Of a stretch of DNA of 64,000 nucleotides, positions 28,536-36,381 are shown piece by piece; position 1 is the first letter of the stretch; each line of letters opens with the position of its first letter. A program made the translations under genes and the position numbers. Under the pieces are notes generated by a model. The model had not been told where the DNA came from. It worked only from the letters and a program-made list of their open reading frames with translations, and made no database searches. The DNA comes from Dehalococcoidia bacterium UBA7891 (lineage in GTDB: Bacteria; Chloroflexota; Dehalococcoidia; Lucifugimonadales; UBA826): assembly GCA_002500485.1 (NCBI GenBank), contig DLRJ01000033.1:7035-71034 (forward strand). Reading direction: 5' to 3'.

Positions 28536-29738
28536 TTGAAACCCCAAGCTTTGAAAAATGTGAGGATTCTGGATTTGACTCACTATATATCTGGGCCATA
28601 CTGCACAAAACTATTGGGTGATTTTGGGGCCGATGTCATAAAAATTGAAAACCCTCTAGTCGGTGACCCTTGCAGAAAAATGCCACCCTTTGACGAAACC
28701 AACCCGAATAGTAATGACAGTCTTTTATTTCAATATCTCAACACCAACAAGAAAAGCGTTGAACTCGACTTAAAATCCGATTTCGGTCATCTTGCTGCTG
28801 AAGAATTAGTGAGGAATTCTGACATACTAGTGGAGAATTTTCGACCTGGAACCCTGGCATCCTACGGTTTAACAGAGAGCAAACTGCGTACCTTAAACCC
28901 CAATTTAATTGTTGTATCTATTAGTAATTTTGGCCAAACGGGACCTTATAGAGACTTTGAGGCAACTGATCTAGTATTTTATGCTTTGGGGGGATTGATG
29001 TTCATTTTTGGATCAATTAACAAATCTCCTCTCAAACACGCTTTCCACCAAGCACAATTCAAAGCAGGCACTAACGCAGCCTCAGCAGCATTAATGGCTT
29101 TCTACGAGATGATAAATTCGGGTACCGGTCAGAAAGTGGACATATCTATTCAGGAGAGCATGGCTGCAGCGGTACGTGATACAACCACAAGTTACGCCGC
29201 CTCTGGCATAGTTAGAACGAGACAAACATTAATGAACGGAGAGCTTCCTCGGGCACCTATACAAGTCAAAGATGGATATATCGTCCCAATCACTTTTGGA
29301 TCTACCGACTGGAACAAAACTGCCAATCTGTTGGGAGATGAAAGTTTGGCTGACCACAAATTTCAGACACCTGAAGGAAGAAGGATGCATGCTGAGGAAT
29401 TTGAGAACTTGGTGAAAGCTGCTTTCATCCGTAGAGGTAAACACGAACTTTTTTACGGAGCCCACTCTCACCGTGAACTGGTTTACGGATTAGTACAAGA
29501 CGCAGCGGATCTAATAGAAAACCCGCAATATCAACATGATCAATATTTTCAGGCTATTGGTAATTCCGGTTCAGATACACCCAAATTTCCAGGAAGACCT
29601 TTTAAGCTATCCAAAACTCCTTGGAATATACAAACAACTGCACCTGCATTAGGGCAACATACCGAGGAAATACTATTTAATAAATTAAATTTACCTATCG
29701 ATAAATTTCAGAATACTGGGCGGTCAAATGAAAAATAA
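28536..29738 (+). CDS. family III CoA-transferase
   Basis: Contains NVRILDLTHYISGPYCTKLLGDFGADVIKIENP. TTG start. Confidence 0.9.
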   Translation: MKPQALKNVRILDLTHYISGPYCTKLLGDFGADVIKIENPLVGDPCRKMPPFDETNPNSNDSLLFQYLNTNKKSVELDLKSDFGHLAAEELVRNSDILVENFRPGTLASYGLTESKLRTLNPNLIVVSISNFGQTGPYRDFEATDLVFYALGGLMFIFGSINKSPLKHAFHQAQFKAGTNAASAALMAFYEMINSGTGQKVDISIQESMAAAVRDTTTSYAASGIVRTRQTLMNGELPRAPIQVKDGYIVPITFGSTDWNKTANLLGDESLADHKFQTPEGRRMHAEEFENLVKAAFIRRGKHELFYGAHSHRELVYGLVQDAADLIENPQYQHDQYFQAIGNSGSDTPKFPGRPFKLSKTPWNIQTTAPALGQHTEEILFNKLNLPIDKFQNTGRSNEK

Positions 29739-31077
29739 TGGCATCCTCAACGGTATCCGAGTAGTTGAGCTAGGCCAACTAATCGCCGTGCCTTACGCCA
29801 CAAAACTCCTATCAGACATGGGTGCAGAAATTATCAGGTTGGAATCAGCTCAACGGCCGGATGCCTACCGGCTTGCTGATTTTTACGATGAGAGAGAGGA
29901 TGGGAAATATTGGAATCGAGCCATAAATTTTAATGAGCAAAATAGAAACAAACTAAGTCTTGGACTAGAATTAGACCATGAAAGCAGCCTTGAATATTTG
30001 CACGATTTGATTAGCATAAGTGATGTCTTTGCATGCAATTTCACCCCTAGAGTGATGAAAAAATTCGGCCTAGAGTACGAGCATCTCCAAAAAATACGTC
30101 CCGATATAATCGTCATTTCATCAACGGGTTATGGTCACACTGGACCGTGGTCGAGTTTTGGTGCCATAGGGTTTGGTACTGAGGCTGCGTCAGGACTTGC
30201 GGCCGCAACAGGATACGAAAATGGCCCACCAGTTCAACCAGAAATACCTTATCCAGATTACACTGCCGCCGAGCACACTGTCTTTGCTGTAATGGCAGCG
30301 CTTATACATAGACTAAAGGAAGGCGAAGGCCAGTTTATTGAGATATCGCAAGCAGAATGTGTTACATCAACTATCCCGGAAACAATACTTGAATACACAG
30401 CCAACAAAAAGATAGTTAAGCGAATGGGCAACTCGCATCCCAACATATCTCCACATGGCTGTTATCCATGCAAAGGTCAAGATAAATGGATAACCATCAC
30501 TGCTAATTCTCAGGATCAATGGAAATCATTATCAAATTTGTTGCTTCCAGAAACTGGCACTGACAATCGATTTGAATCTAATGAGTCACGCATACATAAC
30601 CGAAAAGAATTAGACAAATTGATATCTTCAAGAACTCTATCATGGGACAATGTCGTATTGATGAATACTTTACAAAGAAAAGGTGTGGCTGCAGGGGCAG
30701 TATTGAATGGTAAAGAACTGCTATTTAATGAGCATTTGAACCAAAGGGATTTTTTTGAAATAGTTGATCATCATCCAGAAAGTGAAGTTCCCACACTTCC
30801 ATATCCTGGCAAGCCATGGAAAATGTCGGCAAATTCAGATGTCAAAATGAAGGGAGCACCTTTATTTGGACAGCATAACGAATCAATATTGAAAAATCAC
30901 CTGGGATTGACCAACGAATCCTATGATGCACTGATTAATGAAGAAGCAGTGGTTAACTATATTAAATTAGACCCCAAAGAAATTCTTGTATCAAGAGAGG
31001 CGAGAGAAGAAGAAGGGTCTATATATTCTTATGATCCTGATTTCAAATCCACCATAAAATCTTATTTCAACATTTGA
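29728..31077 (+). CDS. family III CoA-transferase
   Basis: Contains GIRVVELGQLIAVPYATKLLSDMGAEIIRLES. It overlaps the previous gene by 11 nt. Confidence 0.9.
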   Translation: MKNNGILNGIRVVELGQLIAVPYATKLLSDMGAEIIRLESAQRPDAYRLADFYDEREDGKYWNRAINFNEQNRNKLSLGLELDHESSLEYLHDLISISDVFACNFTPRVMKKFGLEYEHLQKIRPDIIVISSTGYGHTGPWSSFGAIGFGTEAASGLAAATGYENGPPVQPEIPYPDYTAAEHTVFAVMAALIHRLKEGEGQFIEISQAECVTSTIPETILEYTANKKIVKRMGNSHPNISPHGCYPCKGQDKWITITANSQDQWKSLSNLLLPETGTDNRFESNESRIHNRKELDKLISSRTLSWDNVVLMNTLQRKGVAAGAVLNGKELLFNEHLNQRDFFEIVDHHPESEVPTLPYPGKPWKMSANSDVKMKGAPLFGQHNESILKNHLGLTNESYDALINEEAVVNYIKLDPKEILVSREAREEEGSIYSYDPDFKSTIKSYFNI

Positions 31078-31108
31078 AATCACAGATATTAAGGCAAAAA
31101 TTTATTTT

Positions 31109-31774
31109 ATGAAATTTCAAATAGCAATAGATGGCCCTGTTGCCTCTGGGAAAACCGCTGTGGGAAGAGGTGTCAGTAAGGCTTTGAAATGGAATTTCCT
31201 AGACACAGGGATAATGTACAGAGCTGCAACTAGATCTATATTGGATTCAGGCATATCATTTGAGGAGAATTCAAGCATCATTGAAACCGTCAAGAAAACG
31301 ACCCTTGACATTGACAACTCTCCAGGTTTTGAAAAAATACTGATAAACGGAAAAGATAAAACCTCCACACTTAAAACCCCTGAGATAGATCGAGCAGTAT
31401 CAATCATTTCAAAGATCCCTGAAGTAAGAAAAGAACTGGTAAGGCAGCAACGAGGTATTGCCAGCCAAGGGCCAATCGTGATGGTAGGAAGAGATATAGG
31501 AAGTGTCGTGTTACCTGAAGCAGAATTAAGAATATACTTAGAGGCCAATGTTGAAATTAGAGCCCAGCGACGCTACCAAGAACAAATTGCATCCAAGGGC
31601 AAATTATCATTGAACGATGTAAAAGTTGATCTGGAGAAAAGAGACCTCATAGACACACAGCGGCAAGATTCACCCCTGAGTAAGTATGATTTCTATACCA
31701 TCATTGATACCACAACTATGAATTTGGAAGATGTGGTGGATGAAATAACATCTATTTACAGATCTCAAATTTAA
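31109..31774 (+). CDS. cmk: cytidylate kinase
   Basis: Contains IAIDGPVASGKTAVGR (P-loop) and GRDIGSVVLP. Confidence 0.93.
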   Translation: MKFQIAIDGPVASGKTAVGRGVSKALKWNFLDTGIMYRAATRSILDSGISFEENSSIIETVKKTTLDIDNSPGFEKILINGKDKTSTLKTPEIDRAVSIISKIPEVRKELVRQQRGIASQGPIVMVGRDIGSVVLPEAELRIYLEANVEIRAQRRYQEQIASKGKLSLNDVKVDLEKRDLIDTQRQDSPLSKYDFYTIIDTTTMNLEDVVDEITSIYRSQI

Positions 31775-32421
31775 TGCTCTACCCAACCTGTAATTTTCTA
31801 CAAAAGATCACTTTAAAATGCTTTGCCAAATTTGAAGTTTCTGGCAAGGAAAATGTTCCACCAGTAGGACCTCTAATCGTAGTTTCTAATCACTTAAGCA
31901 ACATAGATCCATCAATTTTGGCGGTTTCGGTTTCTAGAAGATTGCAATTTCTTGCAAAAAGCAGCTTGTTTACCGGACCTTTCCTCAGCAAACTTCTACA
32001 TTGGTATGGTGCTTATCCTCTAAATAGAGACAAAATTGATGTAACGGCCTTCAGGTGGACCCTAAATCAGTTACGCCAGGACGGCGCCATTTTAATTTTC
32101 CCTGAAGGGACGAGAAGTAAAGGATCCATGATTAAAGCCAAACCGGGAGTAGCTAGACTAGTCCAAATGTCCGACGCGACTATATTGCCAGTAGCGATAA
32201 CTGGAACTGAACACATCGGTAATGTAGTAAGAGTGGTGAACCCAACAGGAAATATAAAAGTAAATATTGGAAGCCCGTTCTCGCTCCCTAAAATAGATGG
32301 GGCGATTGATAGTGGTATCTTAAAATCGATGACTGACATGATAATGGAAAGGATTTCTATTCTCCTACCGGAAAAATATAGAGGGGTGTACGAGATCAAC
32401 AAGAAAGAGAGGTCTATATAA
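31774..32421 (+). CDS. plsC: 1-acyl-sn-glycerol-3-phosphate acyltransferase
   Basis: Contains SNHLSNIDP (the HX4D motif) and FPEGTRS. TAATG overlap with cmk. Confidence 0.88.
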   Translation: MLYPTCNFLQKITLKCFAKFEVSGKENVPPVGPLIVVSNHLSNIDPSILAVSVSRRLQFLAKSSLFTGPFLSKLLHWYGAYPLNRDKIDVTAFRWTLNQLRQDGAILIFPEGTRSKGSMIKAKPGVARLVQMSDATILPVAITGTEHIGNVVRVVNPTGNIKVNIGSPFSLPKIDGAIDSGILKSMTDMIMERISILLPEKYRGVYEINKKERSI

Positions 32422-32425
32422 CCTG

Positions 32426-34270
32426 ATGTGCGGAATTATTGGCTACACTGGACGCTCACAAGCATTACCTATCTTAATAGACGGGCTATCAAAACTTGAA
32501 TATCGAGGCTACGATAGTGCTGGAGTATCAGTTTTCAACGAAAACCAAACCCACACAACCTATAGATCTGCGGGTAAGCTAAGCGAACTTCAAAGGCTAA
32601 CCGAAACTTCAAAGACTGACGGAATGTCAGGTATTGGACACACACGATGGGCTACTCATGGTGAAGCTACTGCCATTAATGCCCACCCTCACAGCGACAC
32701 TTATGGAAACTTGTCTGTAGTACATAATGGGATTGTAGAAAACTACCTGGAATTAAAAGAAGAATTGACCAAAATGGGGCATATTTTCAGTTCTGATACA
32801 GATTCTGAAACTATTCCCCATTTAATAGAACACTATATGAATGACGGTGCCACCTTTGAGGAGGCAACCGGGATGAGTGTAGGCAGGATCAGAGGAGCAA
32901 ATGCCGTAGTCGTTATGTGCAATGACCAGCCGGAGAAAATAGTAGCGTTTAGAACTGGCAATGCAGGGGGTCTTATAATCGGATATGGGAAGGATGAAAT
33001 GTTAGTGGCAAGTGACATTCCCGCAATCCTAAGCCATACAAATACTATCTCACACATGCGGCCAGGGGAACTTGCGATATTGGAGCCGAACTCCATCACA
33101 TTCAGAGACAATCATGGCAATTCAATAGAAAAGGAAAGGACTGTCGTGGCAAATGACCCTCTCTCTATGGCCAAAGGTGACTACAGACATTTCATGCTGA
33201 AAGAGATATGCGAACAACCCGACGCCATAATCGCCTCATTAATGGGCCGATTATCTTCTGATAAAGGCTTATTCAACCTCGATGATTTTAACCTTAGCAT
33301 AGAAGAAATCAAAAAAATTTCAAAAATAATCCTTACAGGGATGGGAACGAGCTTACATGCTGCCATGCTTGCCCGTCTCTGGATGGAACGAATCGCAGGT
33401 ATACCGGCTGAATGGGATAACTCATCAGAATTCCGTTATCGAGAACCGATTCTTGAAAAAGATTCACTTTTTATATCTATAAGTCAATCGGGAGAGACAG
33501 CTGACACCCTTGCAGCAATGGAAGAGGTTCGGGAAAAAAATATTGCCCAAATAACACTTTGTAATTACCTAAATACACAGGCTTCCCACATAGCAGATCA
33601 AACACTTCAAATTAGGGCTGGGTTAGAAGTCGCGGTTGCAGGGACCAAAACCTTTACATGCTCCTTGGTAACTCTTTATACACTTGCAATATACTTTGGA
33701 GTGCAAAGAAAGCATATCTCCCATAATCAGGCCGCCAGTCTTACAGAGGAACTTTCCCGGTTACCAGAAATGATAGGGAACATCTTGGTTGATCAAAGGC
33801 AGTACGAGGAACTGGCAAGTAGATACTACACTAGCTCAGATTTCTTATTTCTTGGGAGAGGGTACAGCTATCCCGTTGCCATGGAAGGTGCTCTTAAATT
33901 AAAGGAAGTCAGTTATATACATGCTGAAGGCTATCCCGCCGGAGAGATGAAACATGGACCAATATCACTAATAAACGACAACATGCCCGTCGTGGCATTG
34001 ATACCAAAAGACTCTCTATATGAAAAAATGCTGAACACTGTGAATGAGGTAAAAAGTAGAGGCGCTATAGTCATTGCAGTTGCCTCAGAATCAGACACAG
34101 AAATCAACGGGAAAGTGGACCATGTTATAAGGATTCCCGATGTTTCCGATTCGCTTTCCCCTATCGTGGCCACAGTACCGCTACAACTAATTTCTTATTA
34201 TTTTGCGGTGAGGAGAGGATGCGATGTAGACCAACCTAGGAACTTGGCTAAGTCAGTAACTGTGGAGTAG
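32426..34270 (+). CDS. glmS: glutamine--fructose-6-phosphate aminotransferase (isomerizing)
   Basis: 614 aa. MCGIIGY N-terminal nucleophile, two SIS domains, and a C-terminal ...AKSVTVE. Confidence 0.97.
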   Translation: MCGIIGYTGRSQALPILIDGLSKLEYRGYDSAGVSVFNENQTHTTYRSAGKLSELQRLTETSKTDGMSGIGHTRWATHGEATAINAHPHSDTYGNLSVVHNGIVENYLELKEELTKMGHIFSSDTDSETIPHLIEHYMNDGATFEEATGMSVGRIRGANAVVVMCNDQPEKIVAFRTGNAGGLIIGYGKDEMLVASDIPAILSHTNTISHMRPGELAILEPNSITFRDNHGNSIEKERTVVANDPLSMAKGDYRHFMLKEICEQPDAIIASLMGRLSSDKGLFNLDDFNLSIEEIKKISKIILTGMGTSLHAAMLARLWMERIAGIPAEWDNSSEFRYREPILEKDSLFISISQSGETADTLAAMEEVREKNIAQITLCNYLNTQASHIADQTLQIRAGLEVAVAGTKTFTCSLVTLYTLAIYFGVQRKHISHNQAASLTEELSRLPEMIGNILVDQRQYEELASRYYTSSDFLFLGRGYSYPVAMEGALKLKEVSYIHAEGYPAGEMKHGPISLINDNMPVVALIPKDSLYEKMLNTVNEVKSRGAIVIAVASESDTEINGKVDHVIRIPDVSDSLSPIVATVPLQLISYYFAVRRGCDVDQPRNLAKSVTVE

Positions 34271-34300
34271 TTCATATCAGTAAATTAAAGTGAAGGTATC

Positions 34301-34429
34301 ATGGAAGGATTAGCGGTAATGGGTTTTGTTTTCGGGATGGTAGGCGTTGTGGCGCTCGTTCGTTTGGAGAAATTGACAAAAGCACTAAAAGAAAAAGAAA
34401 TTTTAGATCAGGATTACAAGAAAGAATAA
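34301..34429 (+). CDS. candidate 42-aa single-pass membrane peptide
   Basis: MEGLAVMGFVFGMVGVVALVRLEKLTKALKEKEILDQDYKKE. GAAGG lies 5 nt upstream of the ATG. It is below the track cutoff. Confidence 0.4.
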   Translation: MEGLAVMGFVFGMVGVVALVRLEKLTKALKEKEILDQDYKKE

Positions 34430-34469
34430 ATGCCGGTTGTAAAACACTCAGTCACAGTGGGGTGAATGG

Positions 34470-34997
34470 TTGAATAAATCGATTTTTTTACCCTTATTAT
34501 TTGTAGTCGTTGCGTTAGCATGTACCACTGAACAAAATACCGTAGTACCACAGCGATTAAACAGTGCAGCAGAAGAGTCTTCTATTGAAAAATTGCCGTA
34601 TTTTCAGCTGAATACCTCCCATGGAAAAATATCTTCAGATCAGTTTTTAGTCGATAACAAACCCGAATTCTTACTTTTTATATCCCCTGATTGAGGTACA
34701 TGTATTTCCGAGTTACGGAAATTAGCTAACACTGATGAAGAACTTTCATCTTTGGCAAATATTTACATTATAGGGATGAATCCCGGTTATAAATTTAAGG
34801 ACCTCAAACGAATGGCAGTCGGAAACCCCAACTGGATTTATGCTCTACCAGCTGACGCCAGCACATTAAAGTCGATCACAGGGTTGAGCCGATCTACAAA
34901 AATTCTAGTAGGTGAAAAAAATCAGATTCTCAAAAGGTATAAAATGGGTGATTGGAACCTTTCTGAATGGATTGAAATATTTCAAAAGGCAGGCTAG
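34470..34997 (+). CDS. thioredoxin-fold (TlpA/redoxin-like) lipoprotein, probable selenoprotein with in-frame UGA (Sec at codon 75, U-G-T-C motif)
   Basis: Track ORFs 34470..34694 and 34752..34997 share a frame and are separated only by TGA 34692-34694. Read-through gives ...FLLFISPD-U-GTCISEL.... The signal peptide has lipobox VVALAC. A SECIS-like hairpin lies just downstream. Confidence 0.6.
34704..34722 (+). promoter_or_regulatory. SECIS-like stem-loop
   Basis: ATTTCCG-AGTTA-CGGAAAT is a perfect 7-bp stem starting 9 nt after the UGA. The apical loop contains GU. Confidence 0.5.
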
Positions 34998-35026
34998 AAA
35001 ATAACAATCTGAGATTGCTTGGCCAA

Positions 35027-35467
35027 TTAATTTTGAATCAGTTCATCAAGATATTTGGTGAAGCGGGGGACCATTACAAATCTGCCCATATTTTGATACC
35101 AGTCAATCACACCCGGTCCAGTACCTAGCATTATATTTGCATACATTGTTACTTGATCGCTGTTATTGTCGTAATCCCACAGCTCTTGGATTCTTAAAAA
35201 ATACGACACCATGAATACATTGAATCGATGTCTCTCTTCCTTATTCAAGGCTGTATCACCTTCAATTGCTCTTAAATATATGTGGGTGAAGCCAGGATCT
35301 GTGATCATGAAACCAATCCACTGAACTATACCACCGGTCAGTTCAGTCCGAGTTGCAACCAGAGAATCCCTATGCTGCAACTTTAGCTGTGATGCAAGGA
35401 AAACTGCGACAGCTAAGGTCGCTATCCCCGTCGCTGTTTGGGCTACGATAGATATATAGTCGAGCAT
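35027..35467 (-). CDS. hypothetical protein with one N-terminal TM helix
   Basis: The track ORF runs to 35542. ATG at 35467 (MLDYISIVAQ...) has GGAGG 10 nt upstream. I recognise no family. Confidence 0.55.
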   Translation of the reverse strand: MLDYISIVAQTATGIATLAVAVFLASQLKLQHRDSLVATRTELTGGIVQWIGFMITDPGFTHIYLRAIEGDTALNKEERHRFNVFMVSYFLRIQELWDYDNNSDQVTMYANIMLGTGPGVIDWYQNMGRFVMVPRFTKYLDELIQN

Positions 35468-35654
35468 TCTGAGCGTACCTCCAATAGGGCTGCAGTTTTG
35501 TTGTAGGACATAAAATACACCTTTCTGGTGGTGATGGTACATGGAGCATCTACAATTGAGATGTCAGACTCGATTCAAATTTTTGTGAGGATATAACGCA
35601 CCAGTCACATTAGACTAGAAAGATAGTTACACAATACGGTAATATCAGCTCATT

Positions 35655-36320
35655 ATGGAGAAAGAATTCAATTCCGAAAACCTTTATGAAGAGCTCCGGC
35701 AATCGCAAATGGATATACGCCACCTAGGTGACAGTATCCAGGCATTGCGAGAAGAATTGGAATCTCAAAATTATGAGAAAGACAAAAATGTTCAATCGGT
35801 CCGGATGGAAGGGGTTGATGAAGTGATCCAGCTGAAAGAAACCATCACTAGCTTGCGAGAAGAACTTCAAAATATGCAGTTTGAAAACAGCCAATCAGTT
35901 GAAAGACTACACAGCGACTACGCAGAGGAAATGCAACAACTCAGGGATACAGCCAGCAGTCTTCGTACTGAACTCGAAGAATTGAAATTCCAGAAAGACC
36001 GCGATGTTCAAAAGGCTATTTCTGATTCTGCAATAGAATGCGACCAATTGCGGGCTACTGCTGGGGCGCTAAGACAGGAACTTGAAGATCTTCGATTCAA
36101 CAAGGATAACGAAGTGCAAAAAGCCATAACTGGTGGAGCGGATGAAATTATGCAGTTAAAAGAAACATCTGCATCCTTAAGAGATAACATTGAAACCATC
36201 AAGAGTGAATATGACCAAAAGCTTCACGATATAAAGCGAGATGCCCTCGATGAAAAAAACCATCTCACTGAAACAATAGTAACTTTGAGAAATTCATTGG
36301 AAGGAAATTCCAAAAAATGA
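35655..36320 (+). CDS. alpha-helical repeat protein built from six in-register 36-residue repeats, function unknown
   Basis: 221 aa. LR pairs occur at residues 31/67/103/139/175/211 and (Q/H)L at 23-24/59-60/95-96/131-132/167-168/203-204, an exact 36-aa period. Confidence 0.75.
   Translation: MEKEFNSENLYEELRQSQMDIRHLGDSIQALREELESQNYEKDKNVQSVRMEGVDEVIQLKETITSLREELQNMQFENSQSVERLHSDYAEEMQQLRDTASSLRTELEELKFQKDRDVQKAISDSAIECDQLRATAGALRQELEDLRFNKDNEVQKAITGGADEIMQLKETSASLRDNIETIKSEYDQKLHDIKRDALDEKNHLTETIVTLRNSLEGNSKK
35715..36302 (+). repeat. six tandem ~108-nt coding repeats (diverged at DNA level, conserved at protein level)
   Basis: Unit consensus is roughly xQLKETxxSLREELExLxFxKDxxVQKAIxxxxxEx. 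Confidence 0.7.
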
Positions 36321-36381
36321 TAATCATCGTTTTCAATTGTTCAATTACATATTATTCATCAAAGAAAGTACAGGTTGAACT

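Noticed and set aside
32400-32430. Possible glmS ribozyme upstream of glmS
   Set aside because: glmS starts 4 nt after the plsC stop, so there is no leader long enough to hold the ribozyme.
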